DNA from: a virus
IMG/VR virus record: IMGVR_UViG_3300049002_000008
Coordinates: 1-62,475 of that record
Direction: 5' to 3' (one strand)
DNA: 62,475 bases
Shown: in pieces, positions 1 through 7,429 of the stretch
Layout: each line of letters starts with the position of its first letter
How positions within the stretch are numbered: position 1 is the stretch's first letter
The notes under the pieces: model-generated
What the model was told of the DNA's origin: nothing
Databases searched by the model: none
What the model saw: the letters and a program-made list of their open reading frames with translations, nothing else
Translations under genes and position numbers: made by a program

Positions 1-127
1 CGGTACGGCGTCGGCTTCCTTCAACTTTGAGAAGGGCGTCTTCATATGCTTCTCCCGCTGCGGTGGGATGAGCATCAAAGAGTTGTACGACGCGGTGAAG
101 GATGAACTAGAGGAGACAGCCCCGCCC
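1..127. repeat. Terminal overlap, copy 1 (identical to 62349-62475). The unit genome is 62,348 bp.
   Basis: Direct comparison of the first and last bases of the window shows an identical 127-mer. Confidence 0.95.
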
Positions 128-2740
128 ACCCCCTCCCCTCGCAGGCAACGCAAGAGCAACGTCCGCAGCATCAACAGCGCCAAGAGCCGCGGCGGCAAAC
201 CGGTAACGCCGTTGCCCACCGAGGGAGACATTCGGAAGTGGCACGACCGGTTGATGTCCAGTAGCTTGCTGCTGAAGCCGCTGCACGAAGCGCGCGGGCT
301 CAACGATGAGACACTGAAGCGGCGCCTCATCGGATGGGACGGAGATCGGTATATGATCCCCGTTCGGGACGCTGATGGCTCTCTGGTGAACGTGCGCCGG
401 TACAAGCCGCGGTCTACCCGAGACAAGATGCTCAACTGGCCGGGCTACGGATCGGCTAACCTGTTCCTGATAGACAACCTGGCGCATTCGGAGATGGTGC
501 TGGTCTGCGAGGGTGAGCTGGACGCCCTTATCGGGGAGCAGTACGGCTTCGCCACGGTGACGGCTACTGCTGGGTCTGGCACCTGGTATGAGCAGTGGAG
601 CAATGCCTTCACCGGCAAGCACGTCTACATCGTCTATGACAACGACCCCGCCGGAGAAGCGGGTGGCCGGAAGGTTGCCAACCATCTGAAGAAGGTGGCC
701 GCGAGCGTGCATGTGGTGCGCCTTCCGGTGGCCGCCAAGCAGGACCTGACGGACTTCTTCGTGGCGCAAGGTCTGGGCAAGCGTGACCTCAAGAGCCTGC
801 TGGAGCAGACCCCTGTCTGGGGCGAGCGCCGGGTGAGCAGATCCACCCGCAACGCCAAGCCAACTTCTGTTGACCTGGAGAGCAGCATGGATAGCGACAA
901 CGCTGGAAAGCTGCTCGAGGTAGCTGCGATGGTGGGCGGGCGGGTGCAGAGCCCGTACCTGATGCCGCGCAAGCTGACCATCCTGTGCGAGCCCGGCTCC
1001 TGGGGCGTCAAGTGCAAGAAGTGCCGAAACGATGACAGCGGTGGCAGTACGCCTATGGAGATCGGGGCTGATGACCCCATCCTGCTGAAGCTGGTGGACA
1101 AAGCCATAGATGACACCGATAGCCTCCTTCGAAAGGAGGCTGGGGTGCAGGCCAACTGTCCGTATGCCGAGATGGAAGTAGAGCGGCACTGGTCCGTAGA
1201 GGAGCTGGTGTTGCTGCCGAACGTTGACGATCCGGGTAGTGACAGCAACATGAAGCAAAGCCGACGGGCCTACAACGTCGGTCCGCACAACACCCCCGTG
1301 AACCAGGTGATGAAGTTTCAAGGAGCCAGCGTGGCTGACCCCCGATCCCGGCGCAGCGTGTTCCAGAGCTGGGAGTGCGAGCCCACCAAGACCAGCCTTG
1401 ACAGCTTCACCATGACCGACGTCGTACGGCGCCGACTGGCTGCATTCCAGACCAAGTCCGGACAGGATCCGATGGCCAAGCTGCGGGCCATCGCTAAGGA
1501 CCTGGCCGCCAATGTGACGCACATTCATGGCCGCACCGACCTGCACATCGCCTATGACCTGGTGTGGCATAGCCTTCTCGACTTCCCCTTCCTCGGCAAG
1601 AACGTGGGTAAGGGCTGGCTTGAGCTGCTCGTGATGGGCGACACCCGTACCGGCAAGAGCGAGGCCGCCCTACGGCTTACCGAGCACTACCAATCGGGGG
1701 TGCTCAAGAGCTGTGAGGGGGCCACCCTGGCTGGCCTGGTGGGTGGCGCCCAGCAGGTGGCCAACAACTGGGTCGTCACCTGGGGGACCATCCCGCTGCA
1801 GGACCGCCGCCTGGTCATTCTCGACGAGGTGAGCGGCATCAAGGACAAGGGCATCATGGAGCAGATGAGCGCTGTGCGCAGCTCTGGCCGAGCCCAGATC
1901 ACCAAGGTGGTAAGCCAGGAGACGAATGCCCGGACCCGCCTCATCTGGATCAGCAATCCAGCGGACGGCCGCCCGCTATCCAGCATGAGCCGCGGCGCCA
2001 TCGACGCCATCGAGGGCCTGGTGCCGAACCCGGAGGACATCGCTCGCTTCGACTTCGCCATGGCGGCGGCCAGTGCGGATGTGAATGCAGACTCCATCAA
2101 CAGTGAGGCTCCGCCGTCGGTCAAGCATCGGTACAACCGCAGGCGGTGCAGCACCCTCGTCAACTGGGCCTGGAGCAGGAAGGCTGACCAGGTGCTGTGG
2201 GAACCCGGGGCGGAGGCCTTCGTGTTGCAGAGCGCCATGAGCCTCGGCGCCAGGTACATCGAGGAGCCGCCGCTGGTGCAGGCGGCCAACGTGCGCATCA
2301 AGCTGGCCCGGCTCGCAGTAGCGGTAGCAGCTCGGCTGTTCAGTAGCCCGGACGGCGAGCAGCTCCTGGTCACCAAGGAGCACGTCAAGTGCGCAGTGCA
2401 GGTGCTTGACATGCTGTACGGGGTCGCCACCTTCGGGTATGCCGAGTACAGCCGAGAAGAGATCGCCAACCGCAAGCAGGCGGAGAAGAACAAGCGGTCG
2501 GTCCGGCGATGGTTGGCTGGACATGAGAGCGTGGCCAAGGCGTTGTTTCAGGTCATGGCGGACACCCACTTCCGCGTTCGGGACTTCGAGGAGTTCGGTG
2601 CGCTAGGCCGAGACCAGAGCCAGGACGCCCTCGGTGAGCTGCTCAAGATGCGCATGGTGCGGCGGCGCAGCCGGGGTTACATCGTCTTGCAGCCCGAGCT
2701 TATTGACGTGCTGAAGAAGCTTCGTAGAGAACTGGAGTAG
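2..2740 (+). CDS. DNA primase / replicative helicase fusion (Toprim + MCM-like AAA+). The 5' end is cut by the window edge; the true start is ATG 62242.
   Basis: Toprim motifs VLVCEGELDALI and IVYDNDPAGEAG. MCM-like Walker A LLVMGDTRTGKSE, Walker B LVILDEVSG, and IMEQMS..ITK..NARTRLIWISNP. The frame is open from base 2 and continuous with 62242-62475 through the overlap. Confidence 0.85.
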   Translation, partial: GTASASFNFEKGVFICFSRCGGMSIKELYDAVKDELEETAPPTPSPRRQRKSNVRSINSAKSRGGKPVTPLPTEGDIRKWHDRLMSSSLLLKPLHEARGLNDETLKRRLIGWDGDRYMIPVRDADGSLVNVRRYKPRSTRDKMLNWPGYGSANLFLIDNLAHSEMVLVCEGELDALIGEQYGFATVTATAGSGTWYEQWSNAFTGKHVYIVYDNDPAGEAGGRKVANHLKKVAASVHVVRLPVAAKQDLTDFFVAQGLGKRDLKSLLEQTPVWGERRVSRSTRNAKPTSVDLESSMDSDNAGKLLEVAAMVGGRVQSPYLMPRKLTILCEPGSWGVKCKKCRNDDSGGSTPMEIGADDPILLKLVDKAIDDTDSLLRKEAGVQANCPYAEMEVERHWSVEELVLLPNVDDPGSDSNMKQSRRAYNVGPHNTPVNQVMKFQGASVADPRSRRSVFQSWECEPTKTSLDSFTMTDVVRRRLAAFQTKSGQDPMAKLRAIAKDLAANVTHIHGRTDLHIAYDLVWHSLLDFPFLGKNVGKGWLELLVMGDTRTGKSEAALRLTEHYQSGVLKSCEGATLAGLVGGAQQVANNWVVTWGTIPLQDRRLVILDEVSGIKDKGIMEQMSAVRSSGRAQITKVVSQETNARTRLIWISNPADGRPLSSMSRGAIDAIEGLVPNPEDIARFDFAMAAASADVNADSINSEAPPSVKHRYNRRRCSTLVNWAWSRKADQVLWEPGAEAFVLQSAMSLGARYIEEPPLVQAANVRIKLARLAVAVAARLFSSPDGEQLLVTKEHVKCAVQVLDMLYGVATFGYAEYSREEIANRKQAEKNKRSVRRWLAGHESVAKALFQVMADTHFRVRDFEEFGALGRDQSQDALGELLKMRMVRRRSRGYIVLQPELIDVLKKLRRELE
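120..145 (+). repeat. Polar C-tract/TCGCAG motif, copy 1
   Basis: ccccgcccaccccctcccctcgcagg, inside the primase gene (read as PSPRR). Confidence 0.8.
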
Positions 2741-2810
2741 CCAGTGGCATTGCTGTAGGGCGATGCTGTTGGTTGGCTTTGCGGTACCCCCGACCAGGCA
2801 AGGAGATGAG

Positions 2811-3626
2811 ATGACGTCACTACCCCGGGTGTTCGTCTTTGGCTGTGGCCCCGCGGGGCTGGTGGCCGCGCAGGCAGCCTCCACCATGGGGCACGCCGTC
2901 ACCGTGCTCAGCAAGCGGCGCAAGAGCGAGCTGTGGGGGTGTCAGTACCTGCATGCTCCTATCCCCGGCATCACGCCGTTGGGCAACTATGTGGAGGTGC
3001 GCTACCTGTTGGAAGGCAGCGTCTCCGAGTACCGCGAGAAGGTGTACGGCGGCGAGTACGACGGCAGCGTCAGCCCGGAGGACGTCGAGGAGAACCACCA
3101 GGCCTGGGATCTACGCGAGACATACGACGATCTGTGGTTGCGCTGGCGCCCACACATCGCCGATGTGCCCGTCATCAACGGCCAGCAGGCGGCGGACTTC
3201 ATGCCGGACTTCACCCGAGACGGCATCGTGTTCAGCACCATCCCACGGTCTGCGTTGTGCGCCGACCGCAAACACCAATTCGACGCCCAGTACATCTGGG
3301 CGATGGGAGACAGCGAGGACCGGCGAGCCATCGTCAGCCCACCCGCGGACAACACCGTGCTGTGCAACGGAAGTTCGGACGTGGGCTGGTACCGAACCAG
3401 CCAGGTGTTCGGGTACGGGACCGTCGAGTGGCCATGGCGCAACGGTAAGCGCCCGCCATTCGAGGGCGTCGCCCAGGTGGAGAAGCCAATCTCCACCAAC
3501 TGCACCTGCCTGCCGGACGTCAACTACGTCGGGCGCTACGGCAAGTGGCAGAAGGGCGTACTGGTCCATCAGGTGTATGACGAGGTGCTTGCCACCCTCG
3601 AAACCGTTCAACGGAGGTTGTTCTAA
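2811..3626 (+). CDS. FAD/NAD(P)-binding Rossmann-fold oxidoreductase-like protein
   Basis: N-terminal RVFVFGCGPAGLVAAQAA (GxGxxG fingerprint). SD aaggaga lies 5 nt before ATG 2811; the ORF is open from 2763. Confidence 0.55.
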   Translation: MTSLPRVFVFGCGPAGLVAAQAASTMGHAVTVLSKRRKSELWGCQYLHAPIPGITPLGNYVEVRYLLEGSVSEYREKVYGGEYDGSVSPEDVEENHQAWDLRETYDDLWLRWRPHIADVPVINGQQAADFMPDFTRDGIVFSTIPRSALCADRKHQFDAQYIWAMGDSEDRRAIVSPPADNTVLCNGSSDVGWYRTSQVFGYGTVEWPWRNGKRPPFEGVAQVEKPISTNCTCLPDVNYVGRYGKWQKGVLVHQVYDEVLATLETVQRRLF

Positions 3627-4018
3627 TGGACATTGACGATCTGGTTGTACTGGCTACCGAGCAGGCTCGTGTCAGTGGATTCACCAAGCCTGGCGTTGGC
3701 CGAGCCGTCTCCGAGCACGCCGCCCTTCTGCACTCGGAGGTCAGCGAGATGTTCGAGGCGCACCGCGACGGCTTGGCACCTGCGGACTTCTGGTACGAGC
3801 ATCGAGGCCATGAGCTGAGCCAGCACCCAGAGAACGAGGAGCGTGAGCTGGGGAAGCCGGTGGGCATTCCGAGCGAGCTGGCTGATCTGGTCATTCGGGT
3901 CTGCAATATGGCGGGCGAGTACCACATCGACCTGGGGCGAGCCGTCGAGGAGAAGATGGCCTACAACGTCACCCGTCCGAAGTACCACGGCAGGAGGGGA
4001 GATGCCGCCGCTGGATAA
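3626..4018 (+). CDS. MazG-like all-alpha nucleotide pyrophosphohydrolase
   Basis: LHSEVSEMFEA and PSELADLVIRV acidic helices typical of the MazG/HisE fold. The ATG overlaps the upstream stop. Confidence 0.6.
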   Translation: MDIDDLVVLATEQARVSGFTKPGVGRAVSEHAALLHSEVSEMFEAHRDGLAPADFWYEHRGHELSQHPENEERELGKPVGIPSELADLVIRVCNMAGEYHIDLGRAVEEKMAYNVTRPKYHGRRGDAAAG

Positions 4019-4163
4019 CGGCCCGATGGACCTGGGCAAGTACCTGTCGGTGATGGGGCCATTCGAGATTGTCGTCACCCTCATCTTGTTGCTGGCGCTG
4101 TTCCGGGTGTGTGCACTGTGCGTCGACCTCGTCATTCGGGCCATGATGAAGGAGGACCCGTGA
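4002..4163 (+). CDS. Small membrane protein (53 aa)
   Basis: SD ggagggga precedes ATG 4002. One TM segment, FEIVVTLILLLALFRVCALCV. Confidence 0.45.
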   Translation: MPPLDNGPMDLGKYLSVMGPFEIVVTLILLLALFRVCALCVDLVIRAMMKEDP

Positions 4164-4375
4164 GTCAGCTGTACCTACGAGCGCCAGCAGGTGCTCCTTG
4201 GGATCAGATGGGTGAGGCAGAGCAGGAGGTCACCCGTCAAGCGGTGTCCGCCAAGGCCGAGGCTGCTGGGCTCAAGCTGCGCCCGGCTGACCATCCGATC
4301 TTCTCGGTCAAGCAACTGACGCCCGGTGCGTACTGGTTGATGTGGCAGGTGGTAGATCCCGATGACCAGGCGTAG
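4160..4375 (+). CDS. Hypothetical protein (71 aa)
   Basis: SD gaaggagga precedes GTG 4160, which overlaps the upstream stop (GTGA). High GC3. Confidence 0.5.
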   Translation: MSQLYLRAPAGAPWDQMGEAEQEVTRQAVSAKAEAAGLKLRPADHPIFSVKQLTPGAYWLMWQVVDPDDQA

Positions 4376-5081
4376 CTGGAACGGCACCGATCCGGTAGTG
4401 GGCATCGACATCGACGGCACCCTCGGCCGGTACCACGAGCACTTCCTGGGCTTCGCCCGGCAGTGGTTCGGCACCAACTCGAACTACGGCACGGAGGGGG
4501 ACAGGGGATGGGCCGGTCCGAAGCTATTGCGGGACCAGAGTCGGTGGTGGGGTGACTTCGACTACGACGGATCCTGCCCGCTCAACGAATACATGGGTGT
4601 CAGCAAGGCCCGCTATCGGCAGTGCAAGCTTGCATACCGGCGCGGAGGGCTCAAGCGCAGCATGCCGGTCTACAAGGGGGCTCGCGAGCTGCTGGTCGGC
4701 CTGCGAAGGAAGGCGTGGGTGGTGCTCTGCACGACCCGACCGTACCTGCACATGGACAATATCGAGCCGGACACGGTGGAGTGGCTGCGCCGGAACAAGA
4801 TGCCGTACGACGCCCTGCTGATGGGCGAGCACAAGTACCGTGACCTCCGGCGTCAGTATGGTGAACGAGTGGCTGCCGTGCTCGACGACGACCCAGCCCT
4901 CCTCTCGCAGGCCCAAAGCCTGAACCCCGCCATCCCGGCGTTGTTCATGGTGCGCAACCACAACACTCACCACTGGGGGGCCTGGCCTTGGTGGGAGGGC
5001 TCCTGCCAGGGGGCTCTCCTTACCCTGACCGAGCACGTGAAGAACGGATCCTGGATGCTGGGCATCCAGCCGAAGAACTAG
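4362..5081 (+). CDS. HAD-superfamily phosphatase / (deoxy)nucleotidase-like
   Basis: VVGIDIDGTLG matches the DxDxT motif I of HAD phosphatases. Confidence 0.6.
   Translation: MTRRSWNGTDPVVGIDIDGTLGRYHEHFLGFARQWFGTNSNYGTEGDRGWAGPKLLRDQSRWWGDFDYDGSCPLNEYMGVSKARYRQCKLAYRRGGLKRSMPVYKGARELLVGLRRKAWVVLCTTRPYLHMDNIEPDTVEWLRRNKMPYDALLMGEHKYRDLRRQYGERVAAVLDDDPALLSQAQSLNPAIPALFMVRNHNTHHWGAWPWWEGSCQGALLTLTEHVKNGSWMLGIQPKN
4892..4911 (+). repeat. Polar C-tract/TCGCAG motif, copy 2
   Basis: cccagccctcctctcgcagg (read as LLSQA). Confidence 0.7.
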
Positions 5082-5091
5082 GAGTTCAGTT

Positions 5092-5565
5092 ATGCGTCCG
5101 GTTGACCACAGCGAGTGCCACTACGACGACTGCGTCCACAAGCGGGACGAGGTGCTCGTCCTTCAGAAGAAGCGCGACGAGGAGAAGGAGCAGGCGTACT
5201 ACGAGGCCAAGCGCGCGCAGAACTTCCGGGCGGCCAAGTTCCACAACGAGAGTGACCCGATGCCCCTGCAGGAGCTGCGGAACACCGTCGGAGACGCTCT
5301 CCGGCTAGCCGCGCACAAGAACGAGCAGTACCAGGACGCCTGGCGGAAGCAGGGCTACATGGGCAACCTGGCCCGGATCCTCAGCAAGACCGCTCGCCTC
5401 GAGGCCATGCTTTGGAACGACCCTGAAGACGAGGTGGGGCGCGAAGAGGCTGTGGAGGCGGTGGAGCCCATCCGGGAAACCCTGCTCGACATCATCAACC
5501 TGGCGGGCTTCATGGCCGTTAACTACGCCGAGTGCAACCGGTGGGGGAAGCGTGATCAGCGCTGA
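5092..5565 (+). CDS. MazG/DUF1599-like all-alpha NTP-pyrophosphohydrolase-fold protein
   Basis: HKNEQYQDAWRKQGYMGNLARILSKTARLEAMLW resembles the K..DYG..W...G......K..R motif of this fold. Confidence 0.45.
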   Translation: MRPVDHSECHYDDCVHKRDEVLVLQKKRDEEKEQAYYEAKRAQNFRAAKFHNESDPMPLQELRNTVGDALRLAAHKNEQYQDAWRKQGYMGNLARILSKTARLEAMLWNDPEDEVGREEAVEAVEPIRETLLDIINLAGFMAVNYAECNRWGKRDQR

Positions 5566-5833
5566 GTGCGCACGAGCGGCAGACTTCTTCAGCGAGCGCC
5601 TGGAGAAGGTAAACAACCTGACCGCCAACGGGCATCGTGAGATAGCTCAAGGTGTGCGCTCTTCGGCTGTCCGGGCGGCGGCGGCACTGCATGCCGAGCG
5701 CCCCGGTTGTGCCTGTCAATGCAGGTTGCCCTCATGAAGGTGCCAGTGTGGCAGTACCGGGAGCGCAAGAGCCACGTGGCGGGCGCCTGGGGCACCTCAC
5801 GATGCTGTTCCGGCGTAGGGAGTTGAGGCTCTA

Positions 5834-6406
5834 ATGGTCGCGGACGGGCGTCGGATAGCGCTACGCAGCCTCGCTGTCGGGTACCAGATCGACCGTGCGC
5901 CTGCGTTGGCACGTCTTCGGGCTGGCACCAAGTACGTACCTGGTCGCGGGGCGCTAGGGCCTCGCTACGCCTTCATCGGAGAGGCGCCTGGTGCTGCCGA
6001 GGAGAAGCTCCGGCGCCCGTTCTGCGGTCCCAGCGGTCGAGTGCTTGATGAGCTGCTCAGCAGCATCGGGCTGGACCGTGAGCAGGTGTGGGTAACGAAT
6101 GTCATCAAGTACCGCCCGCCGCGCAACCGAGACCCGCACCCCGACGAGAAGCGGGCTAGCCTGCCATACCTGAAGCGAGAACTGCAACTGGTGGCTCCGA
6201 TGTATGTGGTTACGCTGGGGAGACACGCCCTAGAGGCGATGGACCCCACGCTGCGGTTGGCTCAGGTACATGGCGAGTGGCAGACTGTGGCTGGCTGGCC
6301 CTGGCTGATGCCCCTGTATCACCCAGCCGTCGCTCTGTATCGGGCGACCATGAGGACAACCCTCGTGAAGGACTTCGCCGGACTGTTGGAGGTGCCGAGT
6401 GCGTGA
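5834..6406 (+). CDS. Uracil-DNA glycosylase superfamily protein (family 4-like, without the 4-Cys cluster)
   Basis: FIGEAPGAAEE (motif A), RRPFCGPSGRVLDELL, and LYHPAVALY (motif B). Only one Cys in the protein. Confidence 0.7.
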   Translation: MVADGRRIALRSLAVGYQIDRAPALARLRAGTKYVPGRGALGPRYAFIGEAPGAAEEKLRRPFCGPSGRVLDELLSSIGLDREQVWVTNVIKYRPPRNRDPHPDEKRASLPYLKRELQLVAPMYVVTLGRHALEAMDPTLRLAQVHGEWQTVAGWPWLMPLYHPAVALYRATMRTTLVKDFAGLLEVPSA

Positions 6407-6923
6407 CGTAAACCGTTTGCAGCGTGCGCTGATCCTGCTGGCGCTGTACGTGTGGTTGTGGATTGACACCCTGTCGGACTTCTACTCGACGGTGTGGGAG
6501 AACCGCCGAGGGTTGCTGAGGGGTGCGGCCGACGAGGACTGGCAGCACACCCTCCACGACCTGGCCGAGCCTATCCGGGAGCACCGCCTGCTCCTGGAGG
6601 CCCTCGAGAACAGCGGCGAGCACGCAGCCCTCCCGCCAGCCCCTGTCCTCGCAGTACCCGTCGTGATGGCGGACGGTACGACTATGGTCACGGTTGCTGC
6701 CACCCCAACGCCCCGCAAGCGCAACCACCGGGCGGTGAAGGCGACGCTGATGAAGAGCGGCGCACCGGAGGTGCTGGCCGTAGAGCGCCGGGTGCGCAAG
6801 CAGCTTGACACCGTCGTCCGGGAAGCCATGCTGGCACTGGGCCTGAGCGCCGAGGAAGTGCGGGCGGTGTTGGGCGTGAAGCAGTTCGAGCGCACCCTGG
6901 ACAACGTGATGGGGCTGGCATGA
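6399..6923 (+). CDS. Hypothetical membrane-anchored protein
   Basis: GTG start overlaps the upstream stop. N-terminal TM segment LILLALYVWLWI. Confidence 0.5.
   Translation: MRDVNRLQRALILLALYVWLWIDTLSDFYSTVWENRRGLLRGAADEDWQHTLHDLAEPIREHRLLLEALENSGEHAALPPAPVLAVPVVMADGTTMVTVAATPTPRKRNHRAVKATLMKSGAPEVLAVERRVRKQLDTVVREAMLALGLSAEEVRAVLGVKQFERTLDNVMGLA
6628..6654 (+). repeat. Polar C-tract/TCGCAG motif, copy 3
   Basis: ccctcccgccagcccctgtcctcgcag (read as PVLAV). Confidence 0.7.
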
Positions 6924-7147
6924 GCAAGCAGTGGGAGGCCTACTACGACGGCTTCTGTGCCAACTGTGGGCAGCGGTTCAAGAAGGGCACCCCCGTCAGG
7001 TGGAGCGAGGGCGGAAACATCGTGGGGTCGAGTTGTTCGCTGGACAACCTGAACGCGATGCTTGTCGTGGACATGAAGACGTACCGCGAGCAGATGTGCA
7101 TGAAGTGCTTCACGGTGCACGGCGCAGGGCAGGCGGACTGTGCCTGA
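6920..7147 (+). CDS. Zinc-ribbon protein (75 aa)
   Basis: CANC ... CMKC pairs. ATGA overlap with the upstream gene. Confidence 0.55.
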   Translation: MSKQWEAYYDGFCANCGQRFKKGTPVRWSEGGNIVGSSCSLDNLNAMLVVDMKTYREQMCMKCFTVHGAGQADCA

Positions 7148-7217
7148 CTTCTGGCGGTACTTCTGGGTCACCGTGCTGGTGGCTGGCCCCATCGTGTTCG
7201 CGACGGTGTTGTCATGA
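7140..7217 (+). CDS. Possible 25-aa transmembrane micro-protein
   Basis: GTG 7140 overlaps the upstream stop and its TGA overlaps ATG 7214. Sequence VPDFWRYFWVTVLVAGPIVFATVLS. High GC3. Confidence 0.3.
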   Translation: MPDFWRYFWVTVLVAGPIVFATVLS

Positions 7218-7429
7218 GTGCTCCCTGGCAGAAGCCGCGCAAGCTGTTGCCTGAGAATGAGCCCGCTGAGGCGCCAACGTTCTGCGGCAAGGAGACCGCC
7301 CACCGGGCGCATATATGGGACGAGGCCGAAGAGCCCATCGTCCTTCGGGCCGATGAGACGTATACGGCCAAGCTCCCCTTCGTGCGGCACTGGTGTAAGG
7401 GCTTCGGTCACCTGGAGGGGTACCTGTGA
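7214..7429 (+). CDS. Hypothetical protein (71 aa)
   Basis: ORF with high GC3. Its stop overlaps the dnaE start. Confidence 0.5.
   Translation: MSAPWQKPRKLLPENEPAEAPTFCGKETAHRAHIWDEAEEPIVLRADETYTAKLPFVRHWCKGFGHLEGYL

Noticed and set aside
2312-2318. Additional exact CTCGCAG heptamers at 2312-2318 and 33412-33418. Also weaker C-tract look-alikes at about 1336-1360, 11665-11690, 12406-12424 (cctcctccccctggagtg), 24219-24241, 28490-28515 and 33582-33602.
   Set aside because: They lack either the upstream pyrimidine tract or the TCGCAG core. I did not count them, to avoid inflating the motif tally. A PWM scan should decide.
2763-2810. The upstream start (2763) for the Rossmann-fold ORF, and similar track starts at 45002, 56595, 59038, 14826, 49878, 50835 and 43213.
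   Set aside because: Internal starts with a proper SD, a 4-nt stop/start overlap, or the conserved leader give more plausible N-termini. The true starts remain unverified.
5552-5737. 61-aa ORF in the 270-bp gap between the DUF1599-like gene and the UDG gene.
   Set aside because: Its GC3 is noticeably lower than in neighbouring genes. There is no SD and no motif. I left it unannotated, and the gap may be regulatory.
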